Assembly: GCA_016184145.1 (NCBI GenBank) | Contig: JACPDF010000021.1 | Location: 8,422 to 72,421 of the forward strand | DNA: 64,000 nt | Source of the DNA: Candidatus Woesearchaeota archaeon | Lineage (GTDB): Archaea; Nanobdellota; Nanobdellia; Woesearchaeales; GW2011-AR4 | Direction of reading: 5' to 3' | Shown: piece after piece, positions 37,433 through 46,140 of the stretch | How positions within the stretch are numbered: the stretch's first letter is position 1 | How the letters are laid out: each line of letters starts with the position of its first letter | Translations under genes and position numbers: made by a program | Notes under the pieces: model-generated | The model's database searches: none | What the model was told of the DNA's origin: nothing | The model's input: the letters and a program-made list of their open reading frames with translations, nothing else

Positions 37433-37594
37433 ATGGTAAAATTTGCTGAGGCGGAAGCAAGGAAGTTTAGGAATATTTTTGTCTGCAAGAACTGCAGCAC
37501 TAAAATAAGGGCCAATAACATGAAAATCATACAGGGCAGGATAAAGTGCAGAAGATGCAACAGCAACAAATTTCGCTCAGTAAGGAAGAAATAA
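37433..37594 (+). CDS. rpl40e: 50S ribosomal protein L40e
   Basis: MVKFAEAEARKFRNIFVCKNCSTKIRANN…CRRCNSNKFRSVRKK, with the zinc-ribbon C4 pattern typical of L40e. Confidence 0.8.
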   Translation: MVKFAEAEARKFRNIFVCKNCSTKIRANNMKIIQGRIKCRRCNSNKFRSVRKK

Positions 37595-37595
37595 A

Positions 37596-38777
37596 ATGCC
37601 ATTGGAATTCCAGACCACAGCAGCTATTGTTTTTCTGGTTCTTCTCTCATTATTTGTCTATGCAAAAAGGAAAAACCTGCATACTCATGGGCTTTTTCCA
37701 TTGATTTATTTCTCAATGTACAGGACGCAGATTGGCTTGAAGTTTATGGATAGGTTTGCAGGGAAATTTAACAAAACCATGAAGTTCCTTGGCTATGCAG
37801 GGATTTTAGTTGGATTCTTGGGCATGGCTCTGTTGTCATTTTCCTTGCTGCAGAATTTATACAATCTTATTGCAACGCCGGAAGCGCAGCCTGGCGTGGG
37901 CTTGGTGCTTCCTTTCAAGGTAAAAGGCGCTTTCTTCGTGCCATTCTTTTACTGGATTATTGCCATATTCATCATTGCTTTAGTCCACGAGTATGCACAT
38001 GGAGTTATAGCCCGCGCCCATAACCTTAAGGTAAAATCTTCAGGCTTTGCTTTTTTAGGGATTTTAATACCAGTTATACCTGCTGCATTTGTGGAGCCGG
38101 ACGAAAAAACTTTGAGAAAAAGGCCTCATAAGCAGCAGCTTTCTGTGTTCGCTGCAGGCCCATTTTCCAATATAATCCTGGCATTTATTGTGCTGGGCTT
38201 TTCATTCCTCATTTTATCTCCAATTGCAGATAATATGATGGAATATTCTGGAGTTGAGATAACGGGGTTTATCGAAGGCAATTATCCTGCTGAATCATCC
38301 GGAATCGCAAAAGGCGAGGTTGTAAAAAGCATCAACGGGAAAAAAATAGAGACTCTTGATGATTTCTCAGGAATATTAAAAGAGAAAAAGCCGGGTAATA
38401 CAATAAGGCTTGAAACTGACAAAAACACTTATAACCTAAAGCTCGGAAAAAATCCAGAGGACGAGAGCCTGGCTTACTTGGGCGTTTATGTCCAGCAGGA
38501 ATCCAGAGTGAAAGAGTCCTTCAAGGAGAAGTATGGCAGTTTTATCCCTGCAGCAATAATATGGATTGCTGGCTTGTTCAGCTGGCTGATAATACTCAAT
38601 TTGGGAATTGGGCTTTTTAACCTAGTCCCTATCGGCCCATTGGACGGCGGCCGTATGCTGCAGCTTGTCCTCCACAGGTTTTTTGAGAGGAAGAAAGCCG
38701 ACAAGGTGTGGTATTATGTGAGCATGGTCTTTCTGCTGATTGTTGTAGCCAATATAGGAGCTGCCTTCATCAAGTAA
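37596..38777 (+). CDS. site-2 protease (M50 family) with PDZ domain
   Basis: HExxH in TM (LVHEYAHGVIA), the LDG motif (PIGPLDGGRM), and a central PDZ-like segment. Confidence 0.85.
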   Translation: MPLEFQTTAAIVFLVLLSLFVYAKRKNLHTHGLFPLIYFSMYRTQIGLKFMDRFAGKFNKTMKFLGYAGILVGFLGMALLSFSLLQNLYNLIATPEAQPGVGLVLPFKVKGAFFVPFFYWIIAIFIIALVHEYAHGVIARAHNLKVKSSGFAFLGILIPVIPAAFVEPDEKTLRKRPHKQQLSVFAAGPFSNIILAFIVLGFSFLILSPIADNMMEYSGVEITGFIEGNYPAESSGIAKGEVVKSINGKKIETLDDFSGILKEKKPGNTIRLETDKNTYNLKLGKNPEDESLAYLGVYVQQESRVKESFKEKYGSFIPAAIIWIAGLFSWLIILNLGIGLFNLVPIGPLDGGRMLQLVLHRFFERKKADKVWYYVSMVFLLIVVANIGAAFIK

Positions 38778-38808
38778 GTTTTTAAATTATAATCAAATAC
38801 TGGTTCTT

Positions 38809-39570
38809 ATGATAGAAATAATTTTAATGGAGCCCAGGAAGCAGGAAAATGTTGGAGCAGTGGCAAGGGCCATGAAGAACTTTGACTTTGAATATCTTGT
38901 TTTGATTGCTCCTAAATGCAAAATAGGCAAGAAAGCAAGAAAAGTGGCAAAGCATGCCAATGATATTCTTGATAAAGCAAAAATAAAAAAATTTGATTAT
39001 TTGAAAAATTACGATTATTTGATTGGAACAACCGCAATTTTAGGCACCGATTATAACATACCAAGAAATACGATAAGCATTGAGCAATTAAGCAATAAGT
39101 TATCAGCAATAATAGGGAAAAAGAAAACCGATAATAAAAAAAATTTCAACAAAAAGAAGGGCTATAATAATAAAAATACACCCTCTAATAATTTAAAAAT
39201 TGGCATTTTGATTGGAAGGGAAACCATTGGATTGAAGAATGAAGAGATTAATTTATGCGATATCCTTGTTACGATACCAACTTCAAAAAAATACCCTACG
39301 CTTAACATAAGCCACTCTGCTGCCATAATGCTTTATGAACTGTTCAAAAGAATAAATGATGAAAAATCCAACTCACACATCAGCTTCGCAACAAAGAAAG
39401 ACAAGGAGATTATTATGAAATACATAAACCATGTTTTGAATAAGATGGAATTCCCGACAAAAGAAAAGAAAGAAACCCAGAGAAAAGTCTGGAAACGGGT
39501 CATTGGAAAAGCCATGCTGACAAAAAGGGAGGCTTTTTCTGTTATGGGGTTTCTGAGAAAATTAAAATAG
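38809..39570 (+). CDS. SPOUT-class (SpoU/TrmH family) RNA methyltransferase
   Basis: N-terminal EPRKQENVGAVARAMKNF and C-terminal IGRETIGL…NISHSAAIMLYEL, with a K/N-rich insertion. Confidence 0.6.
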   Translation: MIEIILMEPRKQENVGAVARAMKNFDFEYLVLIAPKCKIGKKARKVAKHANDILDKAKIKKFDYLKNYDYLIGTTAILGTDYNIPRNTISIEQLSNKLSAIIGKKKTDNKKNFNKKKGYNNKNTPSNNLKIGILIGRETIGLKNEEINLCDILVTIPTSKKYPTLNISHSAAIMLYELFKRINDEKSNSHISFATKKDKEIIMKYINHVLNKMEFPTKEKKETQRKVWKRVIGKAMLTKREAFSVMGFLRKLK

Positions 39571-39644
39571 GCTCTGTAAAAATCTCGCATACGCTCGGGT
39601 TAGCAGCTTCGAATTTTTTATGTTTATTTTAATTGCTGATATTT

Positions 39645-39696
39645 CCAGTGAATTGTGAGCGAGTGAGAAAAAATGAGCTCACTCGCATCTCACTGG
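39645..39696 (+). ncRNA. conserved intergenic hairpin element (copy 2 of 2)
   Basis: CCAGTGAATTGTGAGCGAGTGAGAAAAAATGAGCTCACTCGCATCTCACTGG. The outer 7-bp and inner 9-bp stems are separated by an asymmetric internal loop (ATTGTGA / ATC). Confidence 0.4.
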
Positions 39697-39826
39697 AGCA
39701 TCCCCTTTGTCAGCTTAATGTACATCTAAATTAAATTCGACCTTAAGGCTGCTAACCTTCATTTTCTACAGAGCCGCTAAATTAAAATAACAATATTTTT
39801 ATATTAAATAAATGAAAAGCTAAAGC

Positions 39827-40375
39827 ATGGCAAATGCGTGGGATAATCTGCTTTCTGGCTTTAGCGAGATTTTCTCATCGCCTTTGAAAGATCCCTCAAT
39901 TTGGTGGCTTCTTGCTCCTATAATATTGTTCTGGCTCGTCATTGAGATTTACTTCGGAAGGCACAAGAAGGAAAAGCTCGGCTGGAACACTGCCTTGGGA
40001 AATGGCCTTAACATGTTCTGGATTATGATAATAAGCTTAAAGGTTTTATTTGAAGGGCAGCTGGGGCTTCACAATCTTGATAAGCTGGTTTTTGTCGTTT
40101 TTATTGCCTTATATTCAATTTTCATAATATTTGTCTCCTTTACCCATAAGATAAAGGAAAATGTATTTTTCCTTGTCGCTTCGCCTACTATTGTGTATTA
40201 TCTGTCAGGTATAGCTATTTTGTGGGTGTACAACTTGCTTGCAATAAATATTTGGGTGATAATAGACTTAATAACCCTTTACATAATAATATTGATCTTT
40301 GAGGCAATATTGAAGAAAGCTATTCCTACTGCCCCTGCAGAAGGGCATACGGAAATGCAGCTTGGGAGAATTTAA
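39827..40375 (+). CDS. hypothetical polytopic membrane protein
   Basis: 182 aa with about 5 TM helices. Confidence 0.45.
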   Translation: MANAWDNLLSGFSEIFSSPLKDPSIWWLLAPIILFWLVIEIYFGRHKKEKLGWNTALGNGLNMFWIMIISLKVLFEGQLGLHNLDKLVFVVFIALYSIFIIFVSFTHKIKENVFFLVASPTIVYYLSGIAILWVYNLLAINIWVIIDLITLYIIILIFEAILKKAIPTAPAEGHTEMQLGRI

Positions 40376-40441
40376 TAACTATATAGTAGTAAAAATAGAA
40401 AGATTTATATAGTAGTTCTTACATGGTAATACCTGATAAAA

Positions 40442-40738
40442 ATGAATGCAAGCCATAAAGCAGATAATGAAAATTATATGAATAGTATGGTTAATGCCAT
40501 ATATAATGCTAACTGGAAAAAAATTGCCAAGTACGCTGCTTCTGCAGGGGCTGGAGCTGCTGCGTTGGGATTTGCAGGCTATGAATTCGGGCGTGATATT
40601 GCTGATTTATTCGTAGAATCAAAAATGGGTATTGAAAGGGCTGTCGTAGGAGACCTAATTGCCAAAGTCAGCCCTTATGCAGGCGGAGTAATTGGCATGT
40701 TAGCTGCATATGTTTCAGATAAAATACAAAAAAAATAG
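40442..40738 (+). CDS. small Gly/Ala-rich hypothetical protein
   Basis: 98-aa ORF with AGAGAAALGFAGYEFG and GGVIGMLAAY segments. Confidence 0.3.
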   Translation: MNASHKADNENYMNSMVNAIYNANWKKIAKYAASAGAGAAALGFAGYEFGRDIADLFVESKMGIERAVVGDLIAKVSPYAGGVIGMLAAYVSDKIQKK

Positions 40739-40763
40739 TCAATTTCTTAGTTTTAACATTAGC

Positions 40764-42314
40764 CTAACATGCATTACGGCTTTTCAGTGTTCCGCACAAA
40801 AGCGCAGCAGGCATATCATTAACATTGTTTCTTGAAGTGACATAGACCGGAAGCAATACCTGCCTCATAAACAAGTCATTAGAAAATTGTAAAGACTGTT
40901 TAGTGGCTCTGTCTTTGATATTAGGATAAAAATCTACAGAGCTTCTGCCATTCTGAATTGTATAGACCATCTCCGACCCTGCCTTGAATCCGCCCATAGA
41001 AGACATGAAACTATCAAACCTCTCCCTTTGGGATTGCACCTGAGGATTATTAATTATTATTTTTCCAGTTTTTTCTGTGTACGGCACTCCGGATCTTATT
41101 ATTTCTTTTTGAAATTCAGATTTGATCTCTTCAGGAGTTAGTGCTTTGCTCACCTTCGGCATTATCCTCATCGTAATCGGGTCAGCATACTTAGCAACAA
41201 AATTCTGGAAATTCTTATCTTCATTTGGATTTTCAGGCAATTTACCCACTAAAATCTCGTAATCTTTCTTGAGCTGATCAGCATCAAACTCCAGCTGTGC
41301 ATCATAAGCATGGACAAATAAAACACTCCTTTTATAAAGCCCCACTCTTTCAGACTTAGGGTTGCTATACGCTACAAAACTCCCATCCATGGAAACTCCT
41401 GCTTTATGGCCGCTTTGCAGGTTCTTCAGAATCATATTTTTATCGCCTCTCCCCATATCCGAATCAACATTTATCTTGCCATTGTCAAAAGTAAATTTAA
41501 GTCCCCCGTTAATAACCCGGATTCCTTTTCCATTTACATCTACTGAGTCATAAGGGCTGTTTTTTGTAAATTGGGCAGAAAAATCCCTTCCTGCTAAAAG
41601 CGCTCTTCTGTTCGCTTGGTCAAATAAAACATAGCTGTTTTTGCCGGAATTAAATCCAAGATCAACCTTGGTATTTTGCGTGTTTATCGTAGTTTGTAAA
41701 AATTCTGCTGAAGAATGTTCCTGCAGGGTATAGCGGCCGTCTTTCACGCTCAGCATGCCGCTCTTCAGCGTAACCTCTCCGGCATTGTTTTTTATTGAAA
41801 CGTCTGAGCCGCTAATATACCTTTCACCTGCGGTGCCGGACACATCAAACTTTTTTGATGATGTTATCTGGTTGCTGTCTAACTTTACTGGTGCATTGGT
41901 GTTTGGCTTGATAGTAATGCTCCCATCTTGATTAACAGTAATTGCACCATCAAAGCCCTTAAAGCTGTTCAGGTTTAAATCAGTAGTTTGGGTTTTTACA
42001 AGGCCATTATTGAATGTTACTTGACCGCTGACCGCTACACTGCTGCTGGAATAAAAAGACAGTATTTTTGATTGGACTCCCATAGACGCTTTGCTAAAAA
42101 CTGATTCAACCTGGCCTATTGTTCCTTCCTTAAAAAGCCTCTCGACACCAAGCTGGTTGTTTTCCAGCGCATTTGCAATAGCTATGGGATTGTTGAAGTT
42201 CAATGCCCCATTAGCCTCAAATGAGGTGTCTTGGGCCATTGCAGACATAAAGTTCAGCAGTAAAACAGCTAAGATAACAATTGCAATATTTGTTGTTTTT
42301 TTTATTTTTTCCAT
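40764..42314 (-). CDS. secreted protein (516 aa), module-3 cargo
   Basis: Signal peptide MEKIKKTTNIAIVILAVLLLNFMSAMA and a T/S/N-rich beta-type composition. It lies immediately downstream of the pilin-like gene 42317..43111. Confidence 0.6.
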   Translation of the reverse strand: MEKIKKTTNIAIVILAVLLLNFMSAMAQDTSFEANGALNFNNPIAIANALENNQLGVERLFKEGTIGQVESVFSKASMGVQSKILSFYSSSSVAVSGQVTFNNGLVKTQTTDLNLNSFKGFDGAITVNQDGSITIKPNTNAPVKLDSNQITSSKKFDVSGTAGERYISGSDVSIKNNAGEVTLKSGMLSVKDGRYTLQEHSSAEFLQTTINTQNTKVDLGFNSGKNSYVLFDQANRRALLAGRDFSAQFTKNSPYDSVDVNGKGIRVINGGLKFTFDNGKINVDSDMGRGDKNMILKNLQSGHKAGVSMDGSFVAYSNPKSERVGLYKRSVLFVHAYDAQLEFDADQLKKDYEILVGKLPENPNEDKNFQNFVAKYADPITMRIMPKVSKALTPEEIKSEFQKEIIRSGVPYTEKTGKIIINNPQVQSQRERFDSFMSSMGGFKAGSEMVYTIQNGRSSVDFYPNIKDRATKQSLQFSNDLFMRQVLLPVYVTSRNNVNDMPAALLCGTLKSRNAC

Positions 42315-42316
42315 TT

Positions 42317-43111
42317 TTAGGCTGCATTCACGTTATGATCAATAGCAAAAACAAAGACATAGGGCTTGTTGCTAAGTTTTGTTTGATTGTCTTCTACAGC
42401 TATAATGGTGACATTTGCTGTTTTAGGAATCAGCTCAAAATAAAGGTTGTTTGCGTCACCCAGCTCTATAAGGCAGCTGATGCATATACTCCCCAAATGA
42501 GTCAGCTGGTCATCGGTTATATTCTCAGCTAAGCTATAAACCAGGCTTAGCCTGGAAGGGATTACAACCAAAAAATCCTCCATGGTTGATGATTTTTGCC
42601 CCTTTTCAACTGCTATTGGGAAATTTAGGCTGAATGCAACAGTGTCTTCATTTATTGAAGTTGCAGTTGAGAATCCGCTTCTTGTAATTTTATAGCCAAG
42701 ATTATTGAAGTCTTTAAAATCATCAATGCAACTATCTAAGTTTTCGTCTATATAATTTGAAATCTCATTTTCTATTGTTTGCAGGCTGGGCATTACATTT
42801 TCGCCATTGAATAGGTAAACAGCATGGAAGAAATTGTAAAAAATTCCTTTGGAATCTATTTTATGGCTTGGTTCGTTGAAAAATCCCCCTTGAAGCCCTG
42901 TAAAGTATAATGCGCTCTCCCCTGTACTCTTCAGGCATAAATCCACATAACTTTTTATTGGAGTGGACAAGTCTGAAGAAGCGGATTGTATTTTTACTTC
43001 CTGTTTTATCTCTTCCACTTGGTGATTTAAATAGAAAAGGAACCCGGCAATTATGAGAATAACAAAGCTAAAAAGTATGAATATGCTAACCTGTCCTCTT
43101 CTTTTATCCAT
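42317..43111 (-). CDS. protein with class-III (prepilin-like) signal motif, family member 3
   Basis: MDKRRGQ|VSIFILFSFVILIIAGFLFY. It shares NLDSCIDDFKDF with the other two members. Confidence 0.6.
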   Translation of the reverse strand: MDKRRGQVSIFILFSFVILIIAGFLFYLNHQVEEIKQEVKIQSASSDLSTPIKSYVDLCLKSTGESALYFTGLQGGFFNEPSHKIDSKGIFYNFFHAVYLFNGENVMPSLQTIENEISNYIDENLDSCIDDFKDFNNLGYKITRSGFSTATSINEDTVAFSLNFPIAVEKGQKSSTMEDFLVVIPSRLSLVYSLAENITDDQLTHLGSICISCLIELGDANNLYFELIPKTANVTIIAVEDNQTKLSNKPYVFVFAIDHNVNAA

Positions 43112-43153
43112 TTTTCAATTTTTATAAATTAAATTTGGTTAATTGAGATAGAA

Positions 43154-43471
43154 TTATTTGCTTTTCTTGTCAAAATATCCCCTGGCCTTCTCATTGCCCA
43201 TCGGCTTTGCTTTCTCTCCTAAGCCATAGTATGTCTTCTCAGCTTCACCGCCCCAGGAATATTCCCCTTTTTCCCTCTGCACTTTGCTTACCTTGAATTC
43301 TCCTAAAGCAAGCCCTTTCTTCAGATGGTAATATATGCTACGCATGGTTACTTTAGGAAATATTGCAGTATAGGCCTTGTAAATCTCATACCCATATCCT
43401 TCTTCCATGAAATAAAGAATTTCTATAATGTTCTGCCTTATTTCTGACCTTACTGGACGACCTTTTGGCAT
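43154..43471 (-). CDS. PadR-like winged-helix transcriptional regulator
   Basis: GYEIYKAY…SIYYHLKKGLALGEFKVSKVQREKGEYSWGGEAEKTYYGL matches the PadR HTH plus wing pattern. It sits directly upstream of module 3. Confidence 0.5.
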   Translation of the reverse strand: MPKGRPVRSEIRQNIIEILYFMEEGYGYEIYKAYTAIFPKVTMRSIYYHLKKGLALGEFKVSKVQREKGEYSWGGEAEKTYYGLGEKAKPMGNEKARGYFDKKSK

Positions 43472-43567
43472 AACAGCTTTATTTAATAATTAGTATTTAT
43501 ATCTTTCTATATTGAAAATAAGTATGTAACACAAAATTTAAATAAGATATAATAAACGAACAAAGCA

Positions 43568-44983
43568 ATGTTAAATAAAAAGGGTGCATCTTTTGGGACT
43601 ATAATCGCCGTCTTTGGTTCTATCCTTATTGCCTTGGGAATTGGTTGGCTTATAGCACAAAACTGGCATCAAATTCCAGCCGCATTGAAAATCATAATTC
43701 TTCTTTCTTCTACAAGTGGCGCTTATGTTGCAGGTTCAATGCTACGAATAAGGGGTTATGCAAACATAGGAAAAAGTTTGTTAGTTTTGGGAGCACTGTT
43801 GTACACTTGGAGCATCTTCCTAATAGCCCAGATATTTTTTACTGAATCAAGTTTGCAGGGTACGACCAATTTAATGTTGATTGCGTGGCTCGGTGTGCTG
43901 GCTGCCTCATATGCCCTCAATTCATCAGCCAGCCTTGTTGTTGCGTTGGTTGAATTTGTTATCTGGTTATCACTACAATTCTTCGCATTTTATGACGATA
44001 ATTATTACCGCGATCCATCTTTCGGATTGCTTACAATAATTTATTTGGCTGTAGGAGTTTTATTGTATGGAATGAGCCTACTACATCGAGCACGACAACA
44101 TAAGTTTGGTTCTGTATACCAATGGTGGACTGGCTTTTATCTTCTTTTGTTCGCTTACATCCTGTCATTTCAAATAGTCCTGCCCCATTTATGGAGTGGA
44201 AGAGTTGGATTTTCAGCTCCACTTATATTAGTGATTGTAGTTACGGCACTTGCATTGATTGTAATGCAGTCTGGCCTTATTTTTGCAAAACGTAGTGGAA
44301 ATCTCAATAAGAGAGAGTTAATTGGTGTCTCTTTGTTTACAATCTTTCTTATGTTGGTCATAATATCGACAATTTACTCGATTGGAAAAGAGGGATACTG
44401 CAATAGCCGCAACTATAATGAGGGAGCGGATTGTAATCGATTTAATGACTATAGAGAATCCTGCTTGAATGAAAAAAATTGTTATTGGTCTCCTGAGGAC
44501 TATAACGGGATTTTTGGAGGAAATAAAAATCCTCCGATTTCGCTTTGGCTAGTCTGGATTTTCTCCAACTTAGTGTTCCTTGGAATAATTCTCGTTATAA
44601 TCGGTTATGGGACTTGGCAGAAGCAGCCCAGGATAATTAATCTCGGAATTTTCTTCTTTGCGTTAGACATTCTTTCAAGATACATCGGATTCATAATGGA
44701 TTTCTGGGGCTACACAAGCCTGGCTATCACGTTTATCATTGGAGGGGTCATTCTTATCATCGGTGGTTTTTACACCGAAAAATGGAGAAGAAAACTTGTA
44801 GCACAAGCAAGATCCGAGACTGGAGAAATTGGAGAGGTAAAGAAAGAAGAAGTTTCTCAACAAAATGCAGTTGGTCCAAAAGATCAGGTAATCAAAGCGC
44901 AACGACAGCAAATCCAGCAACTACAGAAACAGGTGCAGACTTTAAAATCCTTGATCCAGCAACAAAAAACAAAGAAAAAATGA
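43568..44983 (+). CDS. hypothetical polytopic membrane protein with a C-terminal Q-rich coiled coil
   Basis: 471 aa with at least 10 TM helices. The C-terminus reads QRQQIQQLQKQVQTLKSLIQQQKTKKK. Confidence 0.55.
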   Translation: MLNKKGASFGTIIAVFGSILIALGIGWLIAQNWHQIPAALKIIILLSSTSGAYVAGSMLRIRGYANIGKSLLVLGALLYTWSIFLIAQIFFTESSLQGTTNLMLIAWLGVLAASYALNSSASLVVALVEFVIWLSLQFFAFYDDNYYRDPSFGLLTIIYLAVGVLLYGMSLLHRARQHKFGSVYQWWTGFYLLLFAYILSFQIVLPHLWSGRVGFSAPLILVIVVTALALIVMQSGLIFAKRSGNLNKRELIGVSLFTIFLMLVIISTIYSIGKEGYCNSRNYNEGADCNRFNDYRESCLNEKNCYWSPEDYNGIFGGNKNPPISLWLVWIFSNLVFLGIILVIIGYGTWQKQPRIINLGIFFFALDILSRYIGFIMDFWGYTSLAITFIIGGVILIIGGFYTEKWRRKLVAQARSETGEIGEVKKEEVSQQNAVGPKDQVIKAQRQQIQQLQKQVQTLKSLIQQQKTKKK

Positions 44984-45492
44984 AAGAACTTACAAGATTG
45001 ATGCTGGCACTGGGTATTTTACTGGGTATCGCAGGAGTGTTCATACTTTATCTGTCATGGCCTTTGCTTACAGGAACAACTGTAATTCTGAAAACGCAGC
45101 CTGTTGATCCTTTTGACATATTTAGAGGGCAGTATATGACAATAAATTATGAAATAAGCAATGTTGAGCTGCCGGAAGAAATAAAAGAAGGTGACAATGT
45201 TTATGTCTTATTGAAAGAAGGGGATGATAAAATATGGCACGCTGAAAGAGTTTCACCAAACAAGCCAGACAACGGGGTTTTTATCAAAGGCACGGCTAGG
45301 CAGTCATGGAGAGGCTTAACGGTTGAGTATGGAATTGAACAATATTTTTTTGAAAGAAATGCAGAGCTCCCATTGAGAGATTTGGATGTAAAGGCTAAAA
45401 TCGGAAGCTCTGGGCAGGCAAGAATAGTCGGGCTTCTTCAGTATGGAAAGCCTATTAATATAACTTACAGGGATGTAACCTTGACTTCTTAG
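44980..45492 (+). CDS. GDYXXLXY-domain membrane-anchored protein (COG4929-like)
   Basis: Start taken at the internal ATG overlapping the upstream stop (ATGA). One TM helix, then DPFDIFRGQYMTINY resembling the GDYxxLxY motif. Confidence 0.4.
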   Translation: MKELTRLMLALGILLGIAGVFILYLSWPLLTGTTVILKTQPVDPFDIFRGQYMTINYEISNVELPEEIKEGDNVYVLLKEGDDKIWHAERVSPNKPDNGVFIKGTARQSWRGLTVEYGIEQYFFERNAELPLRDLDVKAKIGSSGQARIVGLLQYGKPINITYRDVTLTS

Positions 45493-45528
45493 AAAAAAGT
45501 TAAATATATAAACCAGCGAAGAATTGTT

Positions 45529-46134
45529 ATGTTTATGCCAAAATTCAAGCACATAATATTAGCGGTTGCAATCGCAATAGTCTTTGCTTTCTTTGTCGGA
45601 TTTGGAATATCTGCTTTTTATCCGACTCCGAAGTATGAGGATTTCTGCGGCCAAAGGGAATTTAAGGAAATGGTAACAAAAGAGTCATGCGAAACTGCCA
45701 ATGGAAAATGGAACCCCGCAGAGATTGCAAGGGCAGTGCCTGCAAAGATTGGTCCGAACCAGCTTCTATGCACAAAGCTTTCTGAAAAGGACAATGCTAT
45801 CACATTGGACTGCCAGTCTCAGGAGCAGCTTGAGAACCAGGGCTACTGCGACTTGTATTATTACTGCAGCCAGGAATTCAGCAAGGTAAATGAAAAATAC
45901 AATAGAAATGTTTTCATAATAGCAACCGGCATCGGTATAATAGCATTAATTGTAGGGATTGCCTTAAAGCTCGCATCAGTAAGCGCTGGCTTAATGGGCG
46001 GCGGAATTCTGGCAATAATCTACGGTACAGTAAGGTATTGGAGCGATCTGCCTGATTACGGAAGATTCATAATTTTAGGAATAACTCTGGTAATTTTGAT
46101 ATGGCTTGGGTACAAGAGAATAAATAAGAGTTAA
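45529..46134 (+). CDS. hypothetical membrane protein
   Basis: 201 aa with an N-terminal TM, a Cys-containing soluble domain and two C-terminal TM helices. Confidence 0.45.
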   Translation: MFMPKFKHIILAVAIAIVFAFFVGFGISAFYPTPKYEDFCGQREFKEMVTKESCETANGKWNPAEIARAVPAKIGPNQLLCTKLSEKDNAITLDCQSQEQLENQGYCDLYYYCSQEFSKVNEKYNRNVFIIATGIGIIALIVGIALKLASVSAGLMGGGILAIIYGTVRYWSDLPDYGRFIILGITLVILIWLGYKRINKS

Positions 46135-46140
46135 TTGTTT

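Noticed and set aside
44782-44979. An N-terminal extension of the GDYXXLXY-domain protein that overlaps the preceding membrane-protein gene in another frame was considered.
   Set aside because: The internal ATG overlapping the upstream stop (ATGA) gives a normal signal-anchor start. The extension is Arg/Ser/Thr-rich out-of-frame overlap.
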